A stretch of 50,071 nucleotides of DNA from Rhizobium sp. Q54 (GTDB lineage Bacteria; Pseudomonadota; Alphaproteobacteria; SHVV01), in assembly GCA_945903685.1 (NCBI GenBank), contig CAMDOQ010000001.1, forward strand, positions 1 through 50,071, given 5' to 3'. The translations under genes were made by a program, and so were the position numbers. Of the stretch, positions 18,071 to 25,967 are shown piece after piece. The notes beneath the pieces were generated by a model. It was not told the origin of the DNA. It did no database searches and saw only the letters and a list, made by a program, of their open reading frames with translations. Within the stretch, counting starts at the first letter, position 1. The number at the start of each line of letters is the position of its first letter.

Positions 18071-19306
18071 ATGACCGACAAACAACGCCGGACCGAGTTT
18101 TTTTACGTCAATCTCGGCCATTTCTTTGATCACTACCTGATCTTGATTTTCGCCACCGTCGCGGTCGCGATCGCGAGCGATCGCCGCGTCGTCATGGCGG
18201 CGCCGCCGCCGGAATGGGTGATGACCTATGCCGAGATCATCCCCTATTCGGTCGCAGGCTTCGTCGCGTTCGGGGTGTTCTCGATTCCGGCGGGCTGGCT
18301 CGCCGATAAGTGGAGCCGGCCCGGCATGATGGTTGCCTTCTTCATCGGTATGGGCGTTGCCACCATGCTTGCGGCGCTCGCCCAGACGCCGTTGCATCTC
18401 GCTGTGGCCGTGACGTTGATCGGCGTATTCGGCGCGATCTACCACCCGGTCGGGATCGCGATGGTGGTCGAGGGCCGCCTGCGAAGCGGCACCGGCGTGC
18501 CACTCGCGATCAACGGCGTCGCCGGCAACCTGGGCGTTGCGGCGGCGCCGCTCGTCACCTTGTTCGCGATCGAGTGGCTGGGCTGGCGCGCCGCGTTCCT
18601 GATCCCGGGCGCGGTTTCGGTGCTGGTCGGCGTCGCCTACCTTCTGTTCGTGGTCCGGGTGCGCCGCGACGCGGTCGTAGCGCCGGTCGCGAAGGCACTC
18701 GAGGACGCGCCCGATCTCGACCGCGCTACCTTGATTCGCATTTTTGTCGTCATCTTTATCACCGCGTCGCTCGGCGGCTTCATCTTCCAGAGCACCTCGT
18801 TCGCGCTGCCCAAGGTCTTCGACGAACGCTTGGGCGGACTCGCGACCACCGGCCAAGCGGTCGGGTGGTGGACCTTCTTCGTCTTTGCCGCCGCCTCGGT
18901 CGCGCAGCTCTACGTCGGATATCGGATCGACCGCGCCTCGATTCGCGTGGTGTTCGCGGTCGCGGCCGGGCTGCAGGCGATTTTTTTCTTCGCCATGCTC
19001 GATCTCGACGGTTTGGCCGCGTTGATCGTCGCCGTCGCCTTCATGCTGACCGTGTTCGGCCAGATCCCGATCCAGGACACCATGATCGGACGCATCGCCA
19101 AGGGCGCATGGCGGAGCCGCGCCTATGGCATCCGCTACGTCGTCACCTTTGCGGTCACCGCCAGCACGGTTCCGATCGTCGCCGCCATTCACGGCAGCTA
19201 TGGGTTCTGGGCGCTGTTCCTGGCGCTCGGGACCGCCGCTGCGTTGGTGACGATCGCGTCCTTGTTCCTGCCGCGCGCCGGGATCGAGCGCCCCGAGCCG
19301 GCGTGA
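18071..19306 (+). CDS. MFS transporter
   Basis: The 411-aa protein has about 12 hydrophobic segments. Its two halves are separated by a charged loop (VRVRRDAVVAPVAKALEDAPD). An MFS-like GWLADKWSRPG loop lies between TM2 and TM3. Confidence 0.8.
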   Translation: MTDKQRRTEFFYVNLGHFFDHYLILIFATVAVAIASDRRVVMAAPPPEWVMTYAEIIPYSVAGFVAFGVFSIPAGWLADKWSRPGMMVAFFIGMGVATMLAALAQTPLHLAVAVTLIGVFGAIYHPVGIAMVVEGRLRSGTGVPLAINGVAGNLGVAAAPLVTLFAIEWLGWRAAFLIPGAVSVLVGVAYLLFVVRVRRDAVVAPVAKALEDAPDLDRATLIRIFVVIFITASLGGFIFQSTSFALPKVFDERLGGLATTGQAVGWWTFFVFAAASVAQLYVGYRIDRASIRVVFAVAAGLQAIFFFAMLDLDGLAALIVAVAFMLTVFGQIPIQDTMIGRIAKGAWRSRAYGIRYVVTFAVTASTVPIVAAIHGSYGFWALFLALGTAAALVTIASLFLPRAGIERPEPA

Positions 19307-19311
19307 AACGA

Positions 19312-19340
19312 AAACGGGCGCGCCTCAAGCGCGCCCGTTT
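19312..19340. terminator. Bidirectional hairpin between the convergent MFS and dienelactone hydrolase genes
   Basis: AAACGGGCGCG-CCTCAAG-CGCGCCCGTTT forms a perfect 11-bp stem whose A/T-rich ends give U-tracts on both strands. Confidence 0.75.
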
Positions 19341-19357
19341 CCGATTCGGGTACGACG

Positions 19358-20299
19358 TTAGGCGGTAACGCCGGTCACGCCGTTGGCGCGGAACCACTCG
19401 AGGCAGCGCTTCCAGCCGTCCTCGGCCGTTTCCTTGCGGAAGGACGGCCGGTAGTCGGCCAGGAACGCGTGCGGCGCGTCGGGATAGACGTGGAACATCG
19501 ACTTCGATGCCGCCGGCGTGCCGGCCGCTTTGAGCGCTTCTTTCATCTTCTCGACGGTGTCGAGCGGGATGCCCTGATCCTGGCCGCCGTAGAGGCCGAG
19601 GACCGGTCCCTTCAAGTCCTTGGCGATGTCGACCGGGTGCTTGGGGTTGTTGGCGGAGGCTTGCCCGACCAGGCGCCCGTACCACGCGACCCCGGCCTTG
19701 ATCGCCGGGTTGTGGGCCGAGTACATCCAGGTCACGCGACCGCCGAAACAGAAGCCGGTGACGCCGAGCTTGGCCATGTCGGCCTTGCCCTCGCCCTTGG
19801 CGAACTCGGCTGCCGAGTCGAAATCGCCCATGATCTCGGCGTCGCTCGTCTTCGACACGATCTCGCGGATGATCTGCTGGAAGTCGGTCATTGGCTTGGG
19901 ATCGCCGTAACGGAAGTAGATTTCCGGCGCGATCGCGTAGTAGCCGGCCTTGGCAAAGCGGCGGCAGATGTCGGCGATGTGTTCGTTGATGCCAAAAATC
20001 TCCTCGCACACCAGGATGGTGCCGAAGCCGGTGCCGCGCGCGGGCATGGCGCGATAGGCCGGCATGTCCTTGCCGTCCTTCGACTTGACCGTGACCATGC
20101 CGGCGGTGAGGCCCTCGGTCGAGGTGGTGATGACGGTCTGCGCCTGAATCGGCTGGGTTACCGCCGCGTAGCCAAGGCCGGCGACGCCGGCGGCGATCCC
20201 GGTCTTGAGTACCGTGCGGCGCGAGACGCCGCTCATGTCGACCCACTTTTCGGGTGCCAGCTCTTCGGTCTGATGGGTGGTCTGTCCTTCGCGGTCCAT
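19358..20299 (-). CDS. Dienelactone hydrolase family protein, Tat-exported
   Basis: The twin-arginine signal is SRRTVLKTGIAAGVAGLGYAAVTQPIQAQ. The DLH nucleophile motif GFCFGG is present. The start is placed at ATG 20299, which has GGAG 7 nt upstream; alternatives are 20323 and 20236. Confidence 0.8.
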   Translation of the reverse strand: MDREGQTTHQTEELAPEKWVDMSGVSRRTVLKTGIAAGVAGLGYAAVTQPIQAQTVITTSTEGLTAGMVTVKSKDGKDMPAYRAMPARGTGFGTILVCEEIFGINEHIADICRRFAKAGYYAIAPEIYFRYGDPKPMTDFQQIIREIVSKTSDAEIMGDFDSAAEFAKGEGKADMAKLGVTGFCFGGRVTWMYSAHNPAIKAGVAWYGRLVGQASANNPKHPVDIAKDLKGPVLGLYGGQDQGIPLDTVEKMKEALKAAGTPAASKSMFHVYPDAPHAFLADYRPSFRKETAEDGWKRCLEWFRANGVTGVTA

Positions 20300-20461
20300 G
20301 GATATCTCCGATATGGGTTGCAAAACGCGTATGGCTCTCCCGGCGGGTGACGATACCGCAGTGGTGGACCTCCGTCTTGCGTCGGCCGGATTGGTTCACG
20401 GACTTGTCATTTATGGGCCGCTTGTTAGGGTCGGCTGCACCCCGAGGGCGGCGGGACGGCC

Positions 20462-22243
20462 ATGAGCGAACCCAACCCAGAGACGGCCGAAGCGTGGCTG
20501 GTGGCGGCCAAAGACGCGGAGCGTCGCGGCGAGCTGCTCGAAGCCTACGACATCGCCGATCGCGGTCTTGCGGCCTACCCCGACTCGCTCTTGCTCAAGC
20601 ACCGGGCGGTCCTGGTCCTGGCACGGGCCAATGCGACCGAGCAGGCGGCGCGCCGGTTCCGCGACTACGGCCTCGGCGGCGAGACCGCGGAAGATATCGC
20701 GGCGCTCGAAGCCCGGATCGCCAAGGACCGGGCCCTCGCGGTCGTCGGCGATGAGCGCCAGCGCCGCGCACGGCACTCGGCCGAAATCTACCGCGCGATC
20801 TTCGACCGTACCGGGAGCTATTACCCGGGCATCAACGCGGCGACCATGACCCTGATCGCCGGCGACGCGCGCGGGGCCGCGGCGCTCGCGGGCGAGGTCG
20901 CCACCATTGCGAAGGCGGGCCGCGACGATCCCTATTACCGCGCCGCGACCGCGGCCGAAGCCGCGCTATTGCAGGGCGATGCCGTCAACGCGCGCGCGGC
21001 AGTGGCCGAGGCGGTCGCTGCTGCAAGCGGCGATTGGGCGGCGATCGCGACGACCCGCAAGCAGCTCGGCTTGATCGTCGCGATCAAGGGTTTGCCAGCC
21101 GATATCCTGGCGCCGCTTGCGGCACCGAGTGTCGTTCACTATTGCGGCCACATGATCGCGGCGCCCGGTAAGTCCGGACGGTTCCCAGCCGCGGCCGAAC
21201 GGGCCGTCGCCGACCGGATCGCGCGCGAGTTCAGCGAACGCCATGTCGGTTTCGGCTACGGCTCCCTCGCGAGCGGCGGCGATATCCTAGCGGCCGAGGC
21301 GCTCATCGCGCGCGGTGCCGAACTCCACGTCGTGCTGCCATTTGCGGCCGAGGAGTTCGTGGCGACCTCGGTCGCCGCGGGCGGCCCGGGATGGGTCGAG
21401 CGCTTCCGCGTCTGCCTCGCCCGCGCACGCTCGGTGCACTACGCGACCGAAGACGCGTACCTTGGCGACGATCTCCTGTTTCGCTATGCCGCCGAGATGG
21501 CGATGGGGCTCGCGCTCCTGCGGGCGCGGTATCTCGACACCGCGATCGCCCAGCTCGCGGTGTGGGACGGTCGAGCGAACGACGCACCGGCCGGAACCGC
21601 CGTCGATGTCGCGGCTTGGCGCGCGCGCGGCCTGCCGTCGATCGCGATTGCGCCCGACCACGGTGCGCTGCCGCCGTCGGCACCGGCCCGCGCCGCTCCG
21701 GCCGCCGGCCGCACGATCCGTGCCATGCTGTTCGGCGATGTCAAAGGCTTCAGCAAGCTGAAAGACGCGGAATTGCCGCGTTTTGTCGAACACGTGCTCG
21801 GGCGCTTCGCTCGCGTTCTCGCCCGTTTCGGAGCGGATATTCGTTTTCGCAACACCTGGGGCGACGGCTTGTTCGTGGTGCTGCCGACCCCGGCGATCGC
21901 CGCCGCGTGCGCGCTCGAGCTGCAGACGAGCCTAGCCGACATCGATTATGCGGCGGTCGGCTTGCCCAATTATCTCGCGCTGCGTTTAGGCGGTCATGTC
22001 GGCCCAGTCTACGAAACGCGCGATCCGATCCTTGGCGTCGAGAATTATTTCGGCGCCCACGTCAGCCGCACCGCGCGCATCGAGCCGGTGACGCCGCCCG
22101 GCAGCGTCTACGTAACCGAGCCGTTCGCCGCCGCGATCGCGCTCGAACGCGACAGCGGCTTCGCATGCGACTATGTCGGCCACATGCCGGCGGCCAAGGG
22201 CTACGGCAACTTCCGTATGTATCTGTTGCGCGCGACGCGCTGA
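20462..22243 (+). CDS. Multidomain signalling protein: N-terminal TPR-like (DUF4071/TRAFs-binding-like) region, central SLOG/LOG-like Rossmannoid domain, C-terminal class III adenylate/guanylate cyclase domain
   Basis: The C-terminus IRAMLFGDVKGFSKL...FRNTWGDGLFVV...LRLGGHVGPV...YFGAHVSRTARIE fits a class III cyclase with both metal Asp residues. The centre GFGYGSLASGGDILAAEALIARGAELHVVLPF...WDGRANDAPAGTAVDV resembles LOG/SLOG glycine-rich and PGGxGT-like motifs. The N-terminus is helical-repeat-like and contains YYPGINAATM. Confidence 0.75.
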   Translation: MSEPNPETAEAWLVAAKDAERRGELLEAYDIADRGLAAYPDSLLLKHRAVLVLARANATEQAARRFRDYGLGGETAEDIAALEARIAKDRALAVVGDERQRRARHSAEIYRAIFDRTGSYYPGINAATMTLIAGDARGAAALAGEVATIAKAGRDDPYYRAATAAEAALLQGDAVNARAAVAEAVAAASGDWAAIATTRKQLGLIVAIKGLPADILAPLAAPSVVHYCGHMIAAPGKSGRFPAAAERAVADRIAREFSERHVGFGYGSLASGGDILAAEALIARGAELHVVLPFAAEEFVATSVAAGGPGWVERFRVCLARARSVHYATEDAYLGDDLLFRYAAEMAMGLALLRARYLDTAIAQLAVWDGRANDAPAGTAVDVAAWRARGLPSIAIAPDHGALPPSAPARAAPAAGRTIRAMLFGDVKGFSKLKDAELPRFVEHVLGRFARVLARFGADIRFRNTWGDGLFVVLPTPAIAAACALELQTSLADIDYAAVGLPNYLALRLGGHVGPVYETRDPILGVENYFGAHVSRTARIEPVTPPGSVYVTEPFAAAIALERDSGFACDYVGHMPAAKGYGNFRMYLLRATR

Positions 22244-22250
22244 CGGGTGC

Positions 22251-22269
22251 TGTGGACAAGTTATCCACA
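22251..22269. promoter_or_regulatory. Back-to-back DnaA-box-like 9-mers upstream of the HU gene
   Basis: TTATCCACA at 22261-22269 is a perfect match to the E. coli-type consensus. TGTGGACAA at 22251-22259 is the reverse complement of TTGTCCACA, one mismatch from consensus. Both sit in a locally AT-rich intergenic region. Confidence 0.35.
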
Positions 22270-22399
22270 TTGAGAAAGAAGCGATTTACTTATTGATTCG
22301 CGCAGGCTACACCAACGTTTACCGGCGCGTGCGAATCAAGTGAGAGGCTCCGCCTCGGCAATGTTCGTGGGCGCATTGAGAGAAGGAAAGGCATCATAG

Positions 22400-22684
22400 A
22401 TGGCACCACCAACGGTACCCTTGTCCAAGATGACCGCCGAGCTGGCGGCGAAACACAAGTTGTCGAAGAAGGCATGCTCCGCCCTACTCGACGATTTCAT
22501 CGAGCTCACGATCAAGCACCTGAAGAAGGGGAACAAGGTCCGAATTACCGGCCTCGGCATCATGCAGGTGCGCAACCGGCCGGCCCGCATGGGGCGTAAC
22601 CCGGCGACGGGCGAGCCGATCAAGATCAAAGCCTCACGCAAGGTCGCGTTCCGCGTTGCCAAGAACGTCAAGGAACAGCTCTAG
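22400..22684 (+). CDS. HU/IHF-family DNA-binding protein
   Basis: Shine-Dalgarno GAAGGAAAGG lies 8 nt upstream. The sequence ...LSKKACSALLDDFIELTIKHLKKGNKVRITGLGIMQVRNRPARMGRNPATGEPIKIKASRKVAFRVAKNVKEQL includes the R-N-P-x-T-G arm motif. An alternative start is ATG 22430. Confidence 0.9.
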   Translation: MAPPTVPLSKMTAELAAKHKLSKKACSALLDDFIELTIKHLKKGNKVRITGLGIMQVRNRPARMGRNPATGEPIKIKASRKVAFRVAKNVKEQL

Positions 22685-22752
22685 CCAAGGTTGTCGCATA
22701 AGTCCGGCGGTGGAGAGCGCATCGCGCTCCCCGCACGGTCAGGCGGAGATAA

Positions 22753-22790
22753 AAAGCCGCGCTCGGGTTCCGAGCGCGGCTTTGTCTTGT
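22753..22790 (+). terminator. Rho-independent terminator after the HU gene
   Basis: GCCGCGCTCGG (22756-22766) pairs with CCGAGCGCGGC (22770-22780), followed by TTTGTCTTGTT. Confidence 0.8.
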
Positions 22791-22856
22791 TCGAGCGGGG
22801 GCCACGGGAACATTGCTGTTGCCGCTGATCGCCGCTAACCCGATGGAGCGTCCGTC

Positions 22857-23870
22857 ATGAAGGCCTATCTCATCCCCAAGCCGACCGGCATCGATGCGTT
22901 GACCGTGGTCGAGCGTGCGACGCCGCGACCCGGTCCGCGCGAGGTGCTGGTCAAGGTCAAGGCCTGTTCGCTCAATTACCGCGATCTCATGGTGGTGCGG
23001 GGAGCATATGCGCGTGGGCCGTTGCCCGAGAACATCGTGCCGCTCTCGGATGGTGCCGGGACCGTGGTCGAGGTGGGCTCCGGTGTCACCCGGGTCAAGG
23101 TCGGCGACCGCGTCGCCGGCTGCTTTTTCCAGCGCTGGTACGGCGGCGAGTTCGAGCCGACCACCAACGCGAGCGCGCTCGGCGGTTCGATCGACGGCGT
23201 CCTCGCCGAGGAAGTCGTGCTCGAGGAAGATGGCGTGGTCAGATTTCCCGACCATCTTTCGTTTGCCGAGGCGGCGACGCTGCCGTGCGCCGCGCTGACT
23301 GCCTGGAACGCCCTGGTCGAACACGGCCGCCTGACCGCCGGCCAGACCATCCTGGTGCAGGGCACCGGCGGCGTTTCGATCTTCGCGCTGCAGTTCGCAC
23401 GGCAGGTGGGCGCGCGCGTGATCGCGACCTCTTCGAGCGACGCCAAGCTGGCGCGGGTCAAGAACCTCGGGGCCGATTTCGGCGTCAACTACAAGTCTCG
23501 GGCCGATTGGGACGCGGCGGCGATCGAGCTCACCAGCGGGCGCGGCGTCGATCAAGTGATCGAAGTCGGCGGCGCCGGCACCTTCGCGCGCTCGCTCAAC
23601 GCGATCCGGGTCGGCGGTAAGATCAGTTTGATCGGCCTGCTCGCGGGCGCGGCCGAGATCAACCCGATGCCGATCTTGCGCAAGCAAGCCGACGTGCGCG
23701 GCATTTTTGTCGGCTCGGCACAGATGTTCGAGGCGATGAATCGCGCGATCGCGGCAGCCAAGCTCAAACCGGCGATCGATCGCGTCTTCCCGTTCGCCGA
23801 CGCCAAGGCCGCCTATCGCCACCTCGAATCGGGCGCGCATTTCGGCAAGGTCGTGATCGAGCTGCCCTAG
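22857..23870 (+). CDS. Medium-chain dehydrogenase/reductase, NADPH:quinone oxidoreductase-like
   Basis: EVLVKVKACSLNYRDLMVVRG and PLSDGAGTVVEVGSGVTRVKVGDRV are present, with the Rossmann motif ILVQGTGGVSIFALQFA. The length is 337 aa. Confidence 0.85.
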   Translation: MKAYLIPKPTGIDALTVVERATPRPGPREVLVKVKACSLNYRDLMVVRGAYARGPLPENIVPLSDGAGTVVEVGSGVTRVKVGDRVAGCFFQRWYGGEFEPTTNASALGGSIDGVLAEEVVLEEDGVVRFPDHLSFAEAATLPCAALTAWNALVEHGRLTAGQTILVQGTGGVSIFALQFARQVGARVIATSSSDAKLARVKNLGADFGVNYKSRADWDAAAIELTSGRGVDQVIEVGGAGTFARSLNAIRVGGKISLIGLLAGAAEINPMPILRKQADVRGIFVGSAQMFEAMNRAIAAAKLKPAIDRVFPFADAKAAYRHLESGAHFGKVVIELP

Positions 23871-23877
23871 GCGGGCC

Positions 23878-24798
23878 TTAGGCGGACTCGATCCCCACGA
23901 GCACCCGCGCGTGGTCGGGGTCGGCGACAGTCCGGCCCATGATCCCGGCGGCATCCGCGGTTTGCCGCACCAGCGCCGCGTTGTCGGGGGCGATACGGCC
24001 ATCGGCGAGCGCGAGATTGTTCTCGAACCCGACCCGGGCGTGGCCGTCGAGTGCAAGCGCGGTGAGCGCGCAGGCGCCCTCCTTGGCGCCGAACGCACAT
24101 ACCGCGAACGGACCCTGGTTCTCCCACGCCGCCAGGAACGGCAGGAGATCGGTCGGCGTCGAGGTCTGGTCCTTGGCGTAGCGGCCGAGCACGAATAGGA
24201 CGAACGGGCGTTCGTCGGGCACCAAACCGCGGCGCATCAGGATCCGGAACGCACCGGCTTCCTGGGCTGAATACAAGATGTACTGGACCCCGATCCGTTC
24301 GCGCTTGAGTTCGGTCAGGAACGGGACGCCGTCTTTGAGCGAGGCTTCGTCGGGCATGACCTCGCCGAGCGCGATCGACACGCATTCGGGTTTCAGCGTC
24401 CGCACCATGGCCATTTGCTGGAGGCGGTCGTAGCGGCCGACTGCTTCGGTGGTCGCCTGGATGACCAGATCGGGCCCGGCTTCGCGGCGGACCGAGGTTA
24501 TGGCGGCGCGATAGAGCGTGGGATCGAGCGAATGGCGGCCGCTGTCGTCGCGGACGTGGAGGTGGATCATGGCGGCGCCGGCTTCGGCGCAGGCGGCAGC
24601 GGTGCGGCCGATCTCCGCCGCAGTCATCGGCAGCGCGGGGTGGTCGGCCTTGGTGCGGCGAGCGCCGTTGGGTGCGACGGCGATGAGGGCGGGGGTCAGG
24701 ACCGCGCTCCTAGCCGGGGCTCGGCGCGCTCGGATCGGGCGCGGCGCTGGTATCAATCGAAAGATCCGTGCCGGCGCGCGCGACTGGGAAGGTCGCAA
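23878..24798 (-). CDS. BKACE-family beta-keto acid cleavage enzyme (3-keto-5-aminohexanoate cleavage enzyme-like, DUF849)
   Basis: LIAVAPNGARRTKADHPALPMTAAEIGRTAAACAEAGAAMIHLHVRDDSGRHS matches the BKACE N-terminal TIM-barrel pattern. The coordinates give the maximal ORF, which has a TTG start. The first ~33 residues are Arg-rich and overlap the upstream gene. The real start is probably near 24699-24756 (see findings). Confidence 0.75.
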   Translation of the reverse strand: MRPSQSRAPARIFRLIPAPRPIRARRAPARSAVLTPALIAVAPNGARRTKADHPALPMTAAEIGRTAAACAEAGAAMIHLHVRDDSGRHSLDPTLYRAAITSVRREAGPDLVIQATTEAVGRYDRLQQMAMVRTLKPECVSIALGEVMPDEASLKDGVPFLTELKRERIGVQYILYSAQEAGAFRILMRRGLVPDERPFVLFVLGRYAKDQTSTPTDLLPFLAAWENQGPFAVCAFGAKEGACALTALALDGHARVGFENNLALADGRIAPDNAALVRQTADAAGIMGRTVADPDHARVLVGIESA

Positions 24799-25045
24799 TC
24801 CTAAGGTGGCGGGGAAAGCGGCAGCGGCCGGTGCGGAGGTCGTACTTGAAGTGGTGAAACGGGCAAATCACGACCTCGCCGTCGCAAACGCCTTGCACGA
24901 GCGGCGCACCCTGATGCGGGCAGCGGTTGGCGATCGCGAAGTAGGAATCGCCGTGCTGAAATACCGCGATCTCGAACCCGCGCTCGGTCTGGACGACCGC
25001 AGGTTTGGTCGGCGTGACGGCGGTGGCGGGCAGGGTGATCGGCAC
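24710..25045 (-). CDS. Small stand-alone Rieske [2Fe-2S] domain protein (ferredoxin or NirD-like)
   Basis: The 111-aa protein carries CPHQGAPLVQG...CPFHHFKYDLRTG (C-x-H...C-x-x-H) and no catalytic oxygenase domain. Confidence 0.8.
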   Translation of the reverse strand: MPITLPATAVTPTKPAVVQTERGFEIAVFQHGDSYFAIANRCPHQGAPLVQGVCDGEVVICPFHHFKYDLRTGRCRFPRHLRIATFPVARAGTDLSIDTSAAPDPSAPSPG

Positions 25046-25094
25046 GGAACGCAGGCGTCCGAGGGCGCGCGCGAGCGCCGAACGGGCGGTCGGG

Positions 25095-25775
25095 TTACTG
25101 GAGCTTGTAGCCGAGTTCGTAGTGAAGGTGGATGCCGTCCCAGAACATCCACTTCATGCGCGCGCCGTCGCCGGCAAAGCGGATCGCCATCGCGCGTTCC
25201 TCGGGCGTCCGGCAATATTTCTCGAGCAGCTTGAAGGCACGGCCGCCATGCTGGATGTCGGCCGAGGCGTGCAGCCACCAGAATTCGAGATCGGACTCGC
25301 TGAACTTGTAGACGTTGCGGAGCGCCGGCAGCACCTTGTTGAAGAGCACCGGCTCCTGCGCTTCGGAGGCGATATGGACCGCGGCAACGGCGCCGATCCA
25401 GGACTGGTGGTGGACGGCGTCGAGCTCCCAGTTGAGCCACGACTCGGTGGTGGGAAGGCCGCGCCCCTGTTCAAGCTGCTCCTTGGAAATGCCGCACGCC
25501 TTGGCGAAGCGCTGGATCAGGGCGGGGTGTGGGTTGGTCGGATCGAGCTCCTCGGCGTAGTTTTCCATTTCCATTTCGACGATTTCGGGCGGCGCCTTGG
25601 CGGCGATCCCGAACAGCGCCTCGGGGATGAGCCGCGAGATCCAGTACCAGATCTCGGTGATGGCGCCGGCCACGGTCTCGGGCTTGACCTCGCCCTTCGC
25701 CCACTTTTCGATCAGTGGGTGATTGGCCTGGTGCTTCTTGTCGACCGCGGCTTGCAACTCGTGGGCAAACGACAT
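25095..25775 (-). CDS. Heme-oxygenase-like fold protein (PqqC/TenA/iron-containing redox enzyme family), putative di-iron enzyme
   Basis: The 226-aa protein has HPLIEKWAKGEV..ETVAGAITEIWYWISRLIPEAL, which parallels my recollection of the PqqC N-terminus. ENYAEELDPTNPHPALIQRFAKACG, HIASEAQEP and WWLHASADIQHG give a candidate E/H/E/H-x-x-x-D-x-x-H ligand set. Confidence 0.6.
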   Translation of the reverse strand: MSFAHELQAAVDKKHQANHPLIEKWAKGEVKPETVAGAITEIWYWISRLIPEALFGIAAKAPPEIVEMEMENYAEELDPTNPHPALIQRFAKACGISKEQLEQGRGLPTTESWLNWELDAVHHQSWIGAVAAVHIASEAQEPVLFNKVLPALRNVYKFSESDLEFWWLHASADIQHGGRAFKLLEKYCRTPEERAMAIRFAGDGARMKWMFWDGIHLHYELGYKLQ

Positions 25776-25967
25776 GAGGGCCTCCGATGCTGGGCGGGAT
25801 CGTAGGGGTGGGCCCGCGGCCGGTCAACGCGCCGGTTCGGTCGGGGTGGTCGAAGTCGGTTCGGTCATCGGTCGCTCCATTCGTGCGAGGGCGGGATGCC
25901 CATCACGACCGATATAGGAGCGCTCGGTTGCTGCCGTTCGTGCGGCAGGTAAAGAAATGTAAAGCCG

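Noticed and set aside
22244-22399. Possible chromosomal replication origin, suggested by the DnaA-box pair.
   Set aside because: There are only two boxes, with no cluster of additional boxes, no obvious AT-rich unwinding repeats and no dnaA, dnaN, parAB or hemE context. It is more consistent with a regulatory site.
25776-25967. Short minus-strand peptide ORFs (for example MTEPTSTTPTEPAR) upstream of the heme-oxygenase-fold gene, considered as a leader peptide.
   Set aside because: They are too short, have no ribosome-binding site and show no attenuator-like alternative hairpins. The repeated CGGTTCGGTC motif explains the repetitive peptide.
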